DNA of 64,000 bases, from contig CAYLVW010000001.1 of NCBI GenBank assembly GCA_964387275.1, positions 291,508 to 355,507 of the forward strand, written 5' to 3'. The notes beneath the pieces were generated by a model that worked only from the letters and a program-made list of their open reading frames with translations, had not been told where the DNA came from and ran no database searches. This stretch comes from an uncultured Candidatus Saccharibacteria bacterium (lineage in GTDB: Bacteria > Patescibacteriota > WWE3 > UBA101185 > UBA10185). The position numbers and the translations under genes are program-made. Of the stretch, positions 30,730 to 41,814 are shown one piece after another (the first letter of the stretch is position 1; every line of letters starts with the position of its first letter).

Positions 30730-31353
30730 TCATCCCAATTGAGTAGCTGCAATTATCCGTGTAAATACCTGATCTAAACTTCTATTCGCGTCAACAGTTA
30801 CCCACTTATCTCTAAACAGTTCCCATTTCATTACCTCATGATAACCGTAGCGAACACGTTCATGATACTCCCTACCGAAAGCCTCAAACTTATCTCCAGC
30901 ATGATCTTTTACTCTTCTATAACTAACTTCCACTTTGGTATCGAGATAAATTATAAGATCGGGAAGTATATTTCCTACAGCAGGGAAGTTGATTTCTCTA
31001 ACAGTGTCGATATTAAGGCCTCTGCCATACCCTTGATTTACAATTGAAGAAACAAAACACCTATCACTTACAACATATCCCCCAGCCTCAATTACTGGAA
31101 AAACTACCGTCCTTAAAGTTTGAGAACGAGATGCTGCGTATAGATACGACTCACATATAACAGTCATATCTTCTACGAATTTAGTGCCTTGAACTACATT
31201 TCTAATAACATCGGATATTTCTGAACCCCCTGGCTCCCTAGTCCATATTACGTTCTTATTGGGATATAGTTTTTTAAGGTACTCTACTAGTCGTTTCGAA
31301 AGAGTAGTCTTACCGCTACCTACTGTTCCTTCGATTGCGATGTACATGGACAT
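30730..31353 (-). CDS. tmk: Thymidylate kinase
   Basis: EGTVGSGKTT, TREPGG and SDR motifs. Confidence 0.95.
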   Translation of the reverse strand: MSMYIAIEGTVGSGKTTLSKRLVEYLKKLYPNKNVIWTREPGGSEISDVIRNVVQGTKFVEDMTVICESYLYAASRSQTLRTVVFPVIEAGGYVVSDRCFVSSIVNQGYGRGLNIDTVREINFPAVGNILPDLIIYLDTKVEVSYRRVKDHAGDKFEAFGREYHERVRYGYHEVMKWELFRDKWVTVDANRSLDQVFTRIIAATQLG

Positions 31354-31428
31354 AGAATAGTAAGTTTATCTAAATACGTCAACAAAAAATGCTGCAATTT
31401 ATGCTATATTGTTTTGAGGGAGGGCAAC

Positions 31429-31821
31429 ATGAAATTTTTAGCTGCTAAAGGCCATGCACTGAAACTTTTAGGGCTTAGTCTAGTTATTTTACCAATGCTA
31501 CTCGAAGTTTTTTTTGCAAGTTATATAAACACGCGGCTTCTGGGTCTAATTGGAATTGTAAGCAAACTAAGCGGATTAGGGGTAGTGATCTACAGTGTAT
31601 TTGTTATTGAAAATGAGAAGACCGGTAAAAGCGGAGATAATTGGGTCTCTATCATATTAGATTCTTTGGGCTTTATAAGTGGGTCCCTATTTGTAGTCCT
31701 GGTAGTTAGCAGTATAGCTATGAATATTTTACTGCTTACAACTGCATTTCTTTTCTGGCTGTCAGGATTTATTAGTTTGTTGGTAGCAGTTTACAGGATT
31801 TACAGTGTTAAAACTTATTAA
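31429..31821 (+). CDS. Hypothetical 4-TM membrane protein (ORFan)
   Basis: GAGGGAGG SD before ATG 31429; terminator at 31868-31901. Confidence 0.7.
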   Translation: MKFLAAKGHALKLLGLSLVILPMLLEVFFASYINTRLLGLIGIVSKLSGLGVVIYSVFVIENEKTGKSGDNWVSIILDSLGFISGSLFVVLVVSSIAMNILLLTTAFLFWLSGFISLLVAVYRIYSVKTY

Positions 31822-31925
31822 ATAAACTAGTTGAGTAATTTCTAGGAAGTGCTGACTTAGTACATATAAACGGGTTTAAGAAAAACTTAAATCCGTTTTT
31901 TCAATGTCTAAATTCTCTAAAATAT

Positions 31926-32000
31926 TGGTGAGGACGGTGGGGATCGAACCCACGACAAACGGCTTAAAAGGCCGCTGCTCTACCACTGAGCTACGTCCCC
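31926..32000 (-). tRNA. tRNA-Lys(TTT)
   Basis: Reverse complement GGGGACGTAGCTCAGTGGTAGAGC...CTTTTAA...GGTTCGATCCCCACCGTCCTCACCA. Confidence 0.97.
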
Positions 32001-32378
32001 AAGGCTTTGGGAAGTTAACGCCGTCAATTATACATAATAAACCGACTTTTTTGAATACTATGGCAAAAAGTATGTATTTTTGATAACTAGAGCGATAATA
32101 TACCCATTTCGGTTTAAAAATACTTGATAGTATAAAATCTATATTGTTAGGGGTTGTTGGGGTATTACTAGAACATGAAACATGCTAGTTATCCTAAAAC
32201 ACTAAATATATATAATGACAAATTGTCCAAATTGCTATTACCAAATACTAGATATTAAAGGATCCACCAAGTCAGTGTGCAAAAACTGCGGCTTTAAGGA
32301 CGGGTGTTGTTTTTAAATCATAAGATTAGTTGAAAAACAATATTGACGTGACCTTATATATCTGTGACCATTACTTTG

Positions 32379-35300
32379 ATGCAAAATCACAAATTTTTTA
32401 CATCAATATTTCTAAGTTTATTTATTTTAGGTTTTATCATAAATCAGGATGTAGTTTACGCAGCAGCTACCCCAACCGTGACTACACTTACACCTGTTTC
32501 TACAAGTGTAGGTAAATTTAAAAAATTCGAGGTAGATTTTCAGATCTCGCAGTCTTATCCTGCAGATTCTCTTCTGCCCTACTACTATTATGATGCTAAT
32601 GATAATCCTACTGCTGATCCAGGCAGAACTTCTCCATATGGAATAGATGGTATATCTATTGATGCACACTTTGTTGCACCATCGGGTAAAGAGCAAGTTG
32701 TACCAGCTTTCTATTTCCAAGAGTATGTAAGAGGAGGTTCTCAAACATCTGCAACAATGACAGCAACCGGTAAGGTTGGCTGGAAAATCAGATATGCCCC
32801 ATCAGAGGTAGGAGCCTTTTCATATTATGTAACCGTAACTGATAAGAACGGTACTACAAGATATCCGACAAGCGGAAACTTGTCTTTCACTTCAACACAA
32901 AGTGACTCTAAAGGGTTTATACGTGTTGCAAGTAAAGATAGTAGGTTTTTACAATTTGATGATGGAAGCTCGTATGTTCCAATATCTGCTGGTAAGCAGT
33001 GGTGGCTTTGCTGCGGAGGCAGATCTTATGATATTGAGAATAGCTACAACAGATTTGGTGCAAATGGTGTTAACTTAACCAGACTTTGGGATCAAAATGA
33101 TGGTTACAACTTAACTGTCGAGGGACATTATGATGGCTATAATTGGCCTGAAGATTATAACCCAGACAATGGTGTAAATGATCTGACGACGATCAGAAAG
33201 GGAACTCAGTTTAACCAAAGAGGCAATGCTGAGGAAGACTTAATTATCCAAGCAGCTGAAAGAAATGGTGTATACATTGAGCTTTCGTCACATGAAGATC
33301 CTTATTGGATTTGGGACGGCTCCGTACACAACGAATCCTGGAATACTTCTGTACAAAAATTTGATAGCCTAAGACATATCGGCTATTGGAAGAGAAACTT
33401 CAGATATAGGGTAGCTAGATGGGGTTACTCAACTTCAATACTATCTTGGGAAACATGGAACGAACATGGCCATGTATTACCAGGCACTGAAGTATACAAC
33501 TTTTATCAACAGCTAGGAGCTTATCAAAAAGTGGCAGATGTATATGGTCACCTTAGAACTACATCTCAAGGCAGTCAAGCCTTTAGTCCTGCTTTTTGGA
33601 CTTCTGGTGCATTTGATTTAGCTAACCTTCACTTCTACATAATGGGTTTTACACCCGAAGCTTTTAGAACAGATGAAGCAAAGTTCGTATATAGTGTAGC
33701 TTGGTGCTTGAGAGATATTGGAAGAGGTACTTCAAGTCCTTATTGTACCGATCTTGGCTTAGGAGATGGCACTACTTGGTCTGCTTTTAAAGGCCATATG
33801 CCTTGGATATGGGGTGAATTTGACGCAGGTACAAATAATTGGAATGAATCTAACCCCCTTACTAAAACAGGAGAGGGAAGACTAAGACTCTTGCATAACT
33901 CTTTATGGAGTGGCTTATTCTCACCACTAGGAACTTCTCCAATAGAATGGTATTTTGATGGAGAAGATGCAGCAACTACAACAGCTAAGCTAGCTCAAAG
34001 GCTGGGCGCCAGCAAGTTCTTCAAGGATGTAGATTATGCAAATGGCAATCTTACTTTTCTACCAGGCCAGTACGACACACCTACAGGCTATACAGGTGAA
34101 ACTATCACTTCCTCAGATGCTAGAATTAAAGTTTATGGAATGAGAAGAGGAGATAAAACTGCTGCATACTTGTGGATTCAAAATAGAGGCTATACTTGGG
34201 TTAACTCACCTAATACGGCTCAACAAGTAACAGGAGTTGCAAAAATCGCAGGTCTTGGTACTGGGTCTTATAGAGTTGAAATGTGGAATACAAATGATGG
34301 TTCTATTACTAGCACTAATGTTGTTACACCATCCAACGGTGAAATAACAGTAAATGTGAATAATTTAACAACAGATTTTGCTGTTAAGATAATCTCAACA
34401 ACTGCAACACCATCCACGACGCCTACTCCAACAGCAACCCCAACACCTAGCCCTACTGCAACACCAACCCCAACACCCACGCCTTCTAATCTAGGTAATG
34501 GAGATGTTAATGGTGATGGTGTGGTAAATGCAGGAGACTTAGTATCACTGGTAACAAATTGGGCAGCAACTGTAACTAGTTCACTAGATCAATACAAAGA
34601 CGGAGTGGTAAATAGTTTAGATTTTGCAGTGACATCAAATACAATACCTGTAACAACCCCGACCCCAAGCCCAACTGTAACACCAACTCCAACACCTACA
34701 CCAACTCCAACACCTACACCGACTGCTACTGCAACCCCTGTTCCAACTCCGACCCCTACACCAACAGCTACACCAGCACCAGGAACTCCCATATCTTGGT
34801 CACAGTTTGGTGGTAATGCTCAACGCACAAACCATACAGAGCAAACTGTCGCTTCGCCTTGGAGATTTAAATGGGTTTGGAATGGTCCTGATGCCAGTGG
34901 TAAAACACAAGCAAACCATCTAAACGACGTACCAGATATGGTACAACCAATAACTGGAGGTAATAGAGTTTACATGGTTGCAAACAACACCCTATATGCT
35001 CTTGATAAAAATAGCTCCAATAAAGCATCTGGTACAGTACTGTGGTCAAAGGGAAATATAGGTACTTTAAATGCAACACCAGCGTATGAAGCCGAAGTTA
35101 TCTACCTAACAAGCTCCACAGGTGTGTATAAACTTAACGCGTCTGACGGCTCCACTTTAGCTTCTTATACAACTCAGGGTTCCACTGTAGCTCCTTTACT
35201 TGCAAATAATAGTTTGTATGTTGCTTTAGCAAACGGAAACTTAGTTTCCTTAAATAAAGCCAACATGACTGCAACTTGGACTTATACAGGGGGCTCAAAC

Positions 35301-36836
35301 AGTGCTACTCCTCCGTCCTTCTCGAGTAGTAAATCAACAATTGTTTATGTAACCCAAGATCTTAATGTCCACGCAGTTAATACAAATGGTACTCAAAAGT
35401 GGAAAGTAAAACCAACTCCAAGAACACCTGGTAATCCTGCCTCTTCTCCAGCAAACAACTTAGCTGAAGCGCTAAATGGATGGCCGGTTATCGCTGAGGC
35501 TCATGGATTAGTGTTTGTAAGGTATCGACTAGACTGGCAAACCCTTTGGGAACATAACCCTTACCCAACAACCGTTACAGGAGATACCGTGGTAAATCAA
35601 ACTATGTATGCTCTTAATTTGGATAACGGTACTATTGCCTTTAAACCGGCTGTAGGTAATGCAGCTCAAGGTGATGGTGGCGTTCTCGATATGGGACCTC
35701 AGCCCATAATACGGGTTGTTGATGGAAAAGAAGTTGCTTACGTAATTTGGAGAAATGGACAAGTCTGTGGAGGCTGTGCTTCTGGAGGTAACTGTACAAA
35801 TAATGGTGTGACTCAATGGTGTGATGGTAGAGAAGATGCAACGTTCGGAGAAATGGTCTTAGACAACAATACAGTTAGTGGATATCAAGCAGGTCAAGTA
35901 AGATTTGTAGGCTCAGGCAGATACTTAGCTCAAGAGGGAACACACCAGTTCGATATACAAACAGATGAAGCACTGAACATCACTATGTCCGGCTCTACTT
36001 TATTTCATAACCACTGGTTAGTGTCTCAGACAATAAATATTGTAGACAGAAGTAGTAGCCTTGGTTCAAGCTTCCAAAACCCAATAAGGGCTGTTGCCGG
36101 TCAAAACACTATTTGGAGGCAAGTCTATTGTGCGCCAACAAATACACAGTGTAACCCGCAAATCTTCCCTGGAGGTTCAGGAACTACTTATGGATCATCC
36201 GACTGCCAATTCAATGCTAATACAAGAGCTTGTACCAGCAACCTTTATTCTTATGGAGATAACAGATCCTATGGACCTGGTTTTTACGAATATCATAACG
36301 ATAACAACCATGGAACAATGGCATTTTCTGTTGTGAGTGATGGCTTAGTCCTCGTAAAAACAATAGATGGTGCTGTAATGGCTTACGAAAACGGAAGCAT
36401 AGCTGATACTGAAAACGAGCTACTTGCGTTAGGCAACGTAGACTCCAACGTTCTAGGTGCAGAAACAGTAGCAGAAACTCCTAAAATATCTTGGGAACAA
36501 GCACTTGATCATGTGGGAAAAAATGTAATTCTTAATGGTAAGGTTACAGTAGTTGAAGACCACATGCCAAAAGCATACTACATAGGATTTACAGAAAATC
36601 CTAAGGAAAAGTTTTTGGTAAGAATTTTTGCGGAAAATGCTTCTAAATTTACTTACGACATTAGTAGTCTCGTAGGTAAGGAAGTAAGTATAAAAGGATA
36701 TGTCACAACTTACTGGCCTGATAATGAGATTGCGGAGATCGTCGTAACAGACCCAACACAAATTGAAGTAGCTAAAGCTTCAAAAAATGATAATTGGTTA
36801 TTTAGCTTTTTGAAAGGTATCTTCTCATGGAAATAA
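32379..36836 (+). CDS. Large secreted multidomain protein: DUF5060-like Ig, clan GH-A glycoside hydrolase, dockerin-like EF-hand pair, PQQ-type beta-propeller, C-terminal OB-like domain
   Basis: WETWNE (acid/base) and PWIWGEF (nucleophile); GDVNGDGVVNAGDL...DQYKDGVVNSLDF; WSQFGGNAQRT; PT linkers. Confidence 0.8.
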   Translation: MQNHKFFTSIFLSLFILGFIINQDVVYAAATPTVTTLTPVSTSVGKFKKFEVDFQISQSYPADSLLPYYYYDANDNPTADPGRTSPYGIDGISIDAHFVAPSGKEQVVPAFYFQEYVRGGSQTSATMTATGKVGWKIRYAPSEVGAFSYYVTVTDKNGTTRYPTSGNLSFTSTQSDSKGFIRVASKDSRFLQFDDGSSYVPISAGKQWWLCCGGRSYDIENSYNRFGANGVNLTRLWDQNDGYNLTVEGHYDGYNWPEDYNPDNGVNDLTTIRKGTQFNQRGNAEEDLIIQAAERNGVYIELSSHEDPYWIWDGSVHNESWNTSVQKFDSLRHIGYWKRNFRYRVARWGYSTSILSWETWNEHGHVLPGTEVYNFYQQLGAYQKVADVYGHLRTTSQGSQAFSPAFWTSGAFDLANLHFYIMGFTPEAFRTDEAKFVYSVAWCLRDIGRGTSSPYCTDLGLGDGTTWSAFKGHMPWIWGEFDAGTNNWNESNPLTKTGEGRLRLLHNSLWSGLFSPLGTSPIEWYFDGEDAATTTAKLAQRLGASKFFKDVDYANGNLTFLPGQYDTPTGYTGETITSSDARIKVYGMRRGDKTAAYLWIQNRGYTWVNSPNTAQQVTGVAKIAGLGTGSYRVEMWNTNDGSITSTNVVTPSNGEITVNVNNLTTDFAVKIISTTATPSTTPTPTATPTPSPTATPTPTPTPSNLGNGDVNGDGVVNAGDLVSLVTNWAATVTSSLDQYKDGVVNSLDFAVTSNTIPVTTPTPSPTVTPTPTPTPTPTPTPTATATPVPTPTPTPTATPAPGTPISWSQFGGNAQRTNHTEQTVASPWRFKWVWNGPDASGKTQANHLNDVPDMVQPITGGNRVYMVANNTLYALDKNSSNKASGTVLWSKGNIGTLNATPAYEAEVIYLTSSTGVYKLNASDGSTLASYTTQGSTVAPLLANNSLYVALANGNLVSLNKANMTATWTYTGGSNSATPPSFSSSKSTIVYVTQDLNVHAVNTNGTQKWKVKPTPRTPGNPASSPANNLAEALNGWPVIAEAHGLVFVRYRLDWQTLWEHNPYPTTVTGDTVVNQTMYALNLDNGTIAFKPAVGNAAQGDGGVLDMGPQPIIRVVDGKEVAYVIWRNGQVCGGCASGGNCTNNGVTQWCDGREDATFGEMVLDNNTVSGYQAGQVRFVGSGRYLAQEGTHQFDIQTDEALNITMSGSTLFHNHWLVSQTINIVDRSSSLGSSFQNPIRAVAGQNTIWRQVYCAPTNTQCNPQIFPGGSGTTYGSSDCQFNANTRACTSNLYSYGDNRSYGPGFYEYHNDNNHGTMAFSVVSDGLVLVKTIDGAVMAYENGSIADTENELLALGNVDSNVLGAETVAETPKISWEQALDHVGKNVILNGKVTVVEDHMPKAYYIGFTENPKEKFLVRIFAENASKFTYDISSLVGKEVSIKGYVTTYWPDNEIAEIVVTDPTQIEVAKASKNDNWLFSFLKGIFSWK

Positions 36837-38605
36837 GAAACTTAATAAATCTTATAACTGGTGATAAGAAGTACCTGATGATAGCAACTGCTTTAACGCT
36901 ACTTACCACAGGCATTGGTCTTAAGGTAGCAGTAGATAGGGGATTTATTTTTGGGGCCGCTTCTGGTGGAAGACTGGCCCTTCCCCAAACAGCTTCATCC
37001 ACTGTAAATACTGATTTTTCTGTACCACTTACTATCAATCCTAATAGCCAAAATGTCTTAGGCTTTGATGTGAGGGTTAAAATACCTAATACTTTAGTAC
37101 AGTTGGTACAGATAGTGCCTTCAAATAGCATCCAAACAACTCTTACCTATGTACCTACGTTGAGTGAGGCTATCGCAAAAGCCAATGAGACGGGAGAACT
37201 TAGTTTCAGTGTTCTAACCTATGATAGTAACAAGGCAGCTGTTACAAACCCAATTACTGGGACAACAGACACCACTGTAGCTACATTAACATTTAAACCT
37301 CTAACCGTGGGCAATGGAACTGTAGAGTGGCTTTTTACTGATGGCAGTACCACTGATTCAAACATTGCAGTAAAAGGTAGCAATAACGATGCGCTATCAA
37401 CAGTTACCAATATGGCAGTCTCTATAGGGGAGACACCAACCCCAACCCTAACTCCAACTCAAACCTCAACACCTACTGCAACTACCACACCAACCCCAAC
37501 TCCTAGCACAACACCTTCTGGTACAACCACCCCGACGACAACACCAACCCCAACAGTCACAGGTACTCCAACCCCGGTCCCAACTCCGGATAGCCCAACT
37601 TCCACAGACTCCCTACAAAACTCCGGTTTTGAGACTGGCAAAACTACGCCGTGGAAAACCAGTAGTGCTACTGTAGTTAGTGGGGCAAAAAGCGGGTCAT
37701 ACGCTTTAAGACTCAACTCAAGCAGTGCCTACAATTCTCAAAACATCTCAGGTTTATTAAAGGCTGGGACGGAATACACACTATCTGCTTGGATTAAGGT
37801 CACTAAGAAAGGTACTAGCTGGGGAGTTCCAGGACTTAGAGTTTCGAAATTTGATGATCTGGGAACATCTGATTATGGTGAAGCTAAAGTAGCAAATGAT
37901 ACAAAACCAGGGTGGACCCAAGTCAAAATCAAGAAAACATTCACAGCAAAGGAATTGCAATCTAATGTGTTTTTCGGCGTAAAGAATTTTGGATTTAATG
38001 GTACAAGCTTAGTGGATGATTTCACTATAACAGCCGGTGCCTCATCACCAACACCCACGCCTTCCCCCACTCCAACCCCTACTCCAACCCCTACTCCTAT
38101 ACCTACTGCACAAACAGTGACATACACTGGTAGTATATTTAACCAAGATGGAGGTAGCCAATCAAACGGAGGAAACTGGATTGGAACTGGTCAAGATACT
38201 ACATCAAGTTTTGCTGCCTTTAGCTTTAGTGGAGTTAATATTCCACAAAACGCAACTATACAGTCAGCTAAAGTGGAACTTCAGTCTAGTGGAGATCAAT
38301 GGATACAAGTAGATTTTGAGCTTTATGGTGAAAATACAGCAAATAGTAGTAGTTTCTCAAGTAATTCACTGCCTTCAAGTAGAACGCTTACATCAGATAA
38401 AATAGCAAGTTCTACTAACGAGAGGTGGGTTAATGGAAATTGGTATGGCTATGATGAAGTAACACAGATACTAAAAACTCTCACGGCAAAATCAGACTGG
38501 AAATCAGGTAACACGCTTTCGCTTATTTCTAAGGGAACAGGTAGTCAGTTTGGTAAGAAAAGTGTCTCTTCTGCTAGACTTACTGTTACTTTTGTAGCTA
38601 AGTAG
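36827..38605 (+). CDS. Membrane-anchored protein: cohesin domain, CBM4/9-like domain, DNRLRE-like domain, Pro/Thr linkers
   Basis: FSVPLTINP...GFDV...VATLTFK; NSGFE...SGSYAL...YTLSAWIK...VDDF. Confidence 0.78.
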   Translation: MEIRNLINLITGDKKYLMIATALTLLTTGIGLKVAVDRGFIFGAASGGRLALPQTASSTVNTDFSVPLTINPNSQNVLGFDVRVKIPNTLVQLVQIVPSNSIQTTLTYVPTLSEAIAKANETGELSFSVLTYDSNKAAVTNPITGTTDTTVATLTFKPLTVGNGTVEWLFTDGSTTDSNIAVKGSNNDALSTVTNMAVSIGETPTPTLTPTQTSTPTATTTPTPTPSTTPSGTTTPTTTPTPTVTGTPTPVPTPDSPTSTDSLQNSGFETGKTTPWKTSSATVVSGAKSGSYALRLNSSSAYNSQNISGLLKAGTEYTLSAWIKVTKKGTSWGVPGLRVSKFDDLGTSDYGEAKVANDTKPGWTQVKIKKTFTAKELQSNVFFGVKNFGFNGTSLVDDFTITAGASSPTPTPSPTPTPTPTPTPIPTAQTVTYTGSIFNQDGGSQSNGGNWIGTGQDTTSSFAAFSFSGVNIPQNATIQSAKVELQSSGDQWIQVDFELYGENTANSSSFSSNSLPSSRTLTSDKIASSTNERWVNGNWYGYDEVTQILKTLTAKSDWKSGNTLSLISKGTGSQFGKKSVSSARLTVTFVAK

Positions 38606-38629
38606 TATTTTGTTAGTGATGTTTGTTTT

Positions 38630-38659
38630 GAGGGCGGGGCCAAAGGCCCCGCCCTCTTT
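38630..38659 (+). terminator. GC-rich hairpin/terminator
   Basis: GAGGGCGGGGCC-AAA-GGCCCCGCCCTC-TTT. Confidence 0.75.
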
Positions 38660-38775
38660 ATACATACAACACACAGTACAATAGGCTATTTTTACAATCT
38701 AACGTACTTAAAACTAAATTTATTGAAGCTATATTACTATAAAGTTATTAGGAGGAATTTATTTTATAGGAGGCA

Positions 38776-38807
38776 TTAAGGGCGGCGCTTTGCGCCGCCC
38801 TTAAAAA
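38776..38807 (-). terminator. GC-rich hairpin between convergent genes
   Basis: TTAAGGGCGGCGC-TTT-GCGCCGCCCTTAA. Confidence 0.65.
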
Positions 38808-38828
38808 GAGCAAAATCAAAACATAAAC

Positions 38829-39203
38829 CTATTTACCTAAAGGTAAACTCTCGCAAGCAACGCCATCATTATCACCATCAAGGTTATTAGTATCCCCAGA
38901 AACCCCACCAGCTTTATCAAAAAAACCCTGGGCTAAAGTTTGAGTTTGAAAATCACTACAATTGTACTCATCTGTATACTTACCCCCTGAAGTAACAACA
39001 TTACCATCAGCATCTCTCATTACTTTAGATTCAGAAAGACTAGAACCTGAAATTAATTTCCCAAGATCAAAATCATTATTAGAAGCCTCTAACCCAAATG
39101 CTCCTAAAAGTAGGACCAAAGCACCAATAAGAATAGGTTTTGCAATTTTCTTAGAGGACTCACTGGTATTTGCTAGCTTGTCTATTTTAGGTATATTTAC
39201 CAT
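38829..39203 (-). CDS. Excalibur calcium-binding domain protein
   Basis: YNCSDF...[14 protein letters not shown]. Confidence 0.88.
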   Translation of the reverse strand: MVNIPKIDKLANTSESSKKIAKPILIGALVLLLGAFGLEASNNDFDLGKLISGSSLSESKVMRDADGNVVTSGGKYTDEYNCSDFQTQTLAQGFFDKAGGVSGDTNNLDGDNDGVACESLPLGK

Positions 39204-39364
39204 ACGTTATACAATAGATAAGCAACAACCAAAATTAATAAAGTGATTACAACAAGCCTTGCAGTTTTATTACCACGTAGATTATTCATAATTCTGATAA
39301 TCGCCAATCGGCGTAAATTTAATACTTCTATTACACTACAGCACAGATCAAACCGCTACAACAT

Positions 39365-40123
39365 TTAGTTGATCTTAGATGAAAGATTAAGGGACAAGAT
39401 TTCGGTGGTGCTGGTTTTTTGGTCGTTGGGATTTTTCCAATAAGTGTGTTCTACTGTGATTATCCCATCTACAACTGATTTAACCATATAGAAGTTTTTG
39501 TAACTTGCTGCTGGGTAAACTAAAGTTTCCTCCCCGGTTTGTATATTGTAGTACGCTACTGATGATGCATCATAAAATTCCCCTGAGTTAGCAGGAGGTT
39601 TTATAACTCCGTTGTAAATTAGAAAGTCTTTATAGAAAATCTTAGTTTCTCCAAAAATGGAAAAGTCATTCTTTATTATTTTACTTTCAGATAATGAAAT
39701 TAAAACGCCATGTCTGGTTATAGAAGTTCCCGATGTTATAAAGAGATATTTACCATCTACGCTAAAGTAAGGTTTAACAGTACCGAAAAGTGCTACTTTA
39801 CCTTGTATATCCAAAGTTATGTTTTCTTTTTTGTTCCTAACACTTATCTCAACTTCTCCTGTGGAGCTATCAAATGACCTATCATAGACTTCGTACAAAG
39901 AATGACTTTCAAAAACATACTGGTGAGGTAAGGGGGTGGATGTAGGCTTTTGAGCACTAGTCCCAGTAGGTGTTGGATTAACAGGAGTTACATTAGTAAA
40001 AGGATTATCACCTGTGTTACCAATACCCGAATTTTTTAATGTGTTGCTATCAATAAAAACTAAAACTATAAAAAGAACTATAGAACCAGACACTGCTAAT
40101 ACTATGAAAAGTTTCTTTTTCAT
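39365..40123 (-). CDS. Hypothetical membrane-anchored protein
   Basis: N-terminal TM, PT linker, beta-rich domain. Confidence 0.7.
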   Translation of the reverse strand: MKKKLFIVLAVSGSIVLFIVLVFIDSNTLKNSGIGNTGDNPFTNVTPVNPTPTGTSAQKPTSTPLPHQYVFESHSLYEVYDRSFDSSTGEVEISVRNKKENITLDIQGKVALFGTVKPYFSVDGKYLFITSGTSITRHGVLISLSESKIIKNDFSIFGETKIFYKDFLIYNGVIKPPANSGEFYDASSVAYYNIQTGEETLVYPAASYKNFYMVKSVVDGIITVEHTYWKNPNDQKTSTTEILSLNLSSKIN

Positions 40124-40370
40124 TACTTAAGTATAGAAAGAGTCTTTAAATTAAGCAATGTTATAAACTATTTACTTTAATTTCTTTGAGATAAGTGGTT
40201 TAGAATCTGTAATTCCAGCATACTTATTATAAAAACACTGCCTGTGAAACCAATATAATTTTGTAAGAATAACTTATGTGCTATGACACCTGAAAAAAGT
40301 AGCTCACCCGGAAGAAGTATATTAAACTAATGGCGGGCATTTACTAATAGTAACTACCCACCATAGCCTG

Positions 40371-40724
40371 TTACTTAAAAACAATCCAAATAGTGTCTCC
40401 TACTTTGATACTTTTATACAAATCACTAGTGGTAGCAAAATTAACTTTTTCAATCTTATTACCACTGTATTGGTATAAAACTTCAAAGCACATAGCGCTA
40501 AAATCATCCTGTGTCCTAGTTACGTCTGCGCAGTTTGAAGCTAAATACTTATCAAAAACTCTAGCAGGAAAAGCTCCAAAGGTATCAGCAGATACAATTT
40601 CCACCTGTTGGTATAAAGGATTATTAAAAGAAAGCATAATCATAATGCTAAAAAATCCTACAAGTGTTAAGAGAAGAACTTCAGGGAAACTAGCTTTAAT
40701 TCTAGCAAAGACTGCATGTATCAT
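40371..40724 (-). CDS. Hypothetical membrane-anchored protein (ORFan)
   Basis: TATAAT and AGGAG upstream; hairpin at 40330-40364 downstream. Confidence 0.65.
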   Translation of the reverse strand: MIHAVFARIKASFPEVLLLTLVGFFSIMIMLSFNNPLYQQVEIVSADTFGAFPARVFDKYLASNCADVTRTQDDFSAMCFEVLYQYSGNKIEKVNFATTSDLYKSIKVGDTIWIVFK

Positions 40725-40790
40725 GGGTTCTCTCCTGAGGGGTATTATAACACGAGGTAGAAAAAACGACGTCTGAAAGAAGCCGAATTC

Positions 40791-41708
40791 TTATCCTTTA
40801 TAAGCTAACTCAAGCTCTGCTAGGTTATACTTTTTCATTTTAAGAAAAGCTTGAGTTACCCTATCTTTTTGGTCCTGAGTCCCGTTTTGCATGAATTCAC
40901 CCAACTTAGTAGGCCATACTTGCCACGACACACCAAATTTATCTCGCAACCAACCACATTGCTCCGCAGAAGAATCATGGGATAACTTAGACCAGTAGTG
41001 GTCTATCTCTTCCTGTGTGTCACAGGGAATTAGAAGTGAGATACCTTCGCTAAACTTAAATTTATGGTCTTGGGCACTATCCATAGCAACTATCCATGTA
41101 CCATTAATATGAAATTCTGAATACATTAGTGTACCAGGTTTATCAGGACCCATACCTTCTGGGTACCTAACGATACTGCCTATCTTAGAGCCTGTACCAA
41201 AAACAGTTACATAGTAGTTAATAGCCTCTTCAGCTTTTCCTGCAAATTCTTTTGTGAATAATAAAGAGGGAATGATATTTGGCCGTAACTCTCCATTTGG
41301 ATTAGTTAAAATTAGCTGCCATGATACACCAAATTTGTCTTCTACCCAACCATACAGCTCACTAAATGGATATTGGCCTAGATCCATTAATACCTTCCCT
41401 CCATCACTTAAATAAGCCCACGTTTTTTTAAGATTAGCTAAAGCATTTAAATCTTGGGATGGATCAAAATTGATGAAAAAAGAGATTGACGGATTTTTTG
41501 TGAATATAGGGCCAGCGTTAATTGCTATAAAGGGTTGTCCAGAGATCTCAAAATTTATTATATTGGTTTCACCAGAAGGTGTAGGCACATCATCAAGATC
41601 AGATACATTTAGTATCTTAAAGTCAGGGAAAATTTTCGAATAGAAATTTACTGCTGTCTTAGCATCTGAATCAAACCACAAATGTGGTGTTATTTTATGT
41701 ATCAACAT
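40791..41708 (-). CDS. VOC/PhnB-like protein with tandem 3-demethylubiquinone-9 3-methyltransferase-family domains
   Basis: KITPHLWF; two GW-x-x-DKFGVSWQ repeats. Confidence 0.92.
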   Translation of the reverse strand: MLIHKITPHLWFDSDAKTAVNFYSKIFPDFKILNVSDLDDVPTPSGETNIINFEISGQPFIAINAGPIFTKNPSISFFINFDPSQDLNALANLKKTWAYLSDGGKVLMDLGQYPFSELYGWVEDKFGVSWQLILTNPNGELRPNIIPSLLFTKEFAGKAEEAINYYVTVFGTGSKIGSIVRYPEGMGPDKPGTLMYSEFHINGTWIVAMDSAQDHKFKFSEGISLLIPCDTQEEIDHYWSKLSHDSSAEQCGWLRDKFGVSWQVWPTKLGEFMQNGTQDQKDRVTQAFLKMKKYNLAELELAYKG

Positions 41709-41814
41709 AACTAAATATTAAAGCAACATGTAGAATTGTAAATGATTATCTTTAAACCTATAGTTGGTGTTTTTAGGTATTTATAATATAATCACACATC
41801 AGGAGACAAAAATA

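Noticed and set aside
34400-34790. ACACCAACTCC-like tandem repeats as a possible CRISPR or VNTR
   Set aside because: 6-nt periodicity encoding in-frame PT linkers; no repeat-spacer structure and no cas genes in the window.
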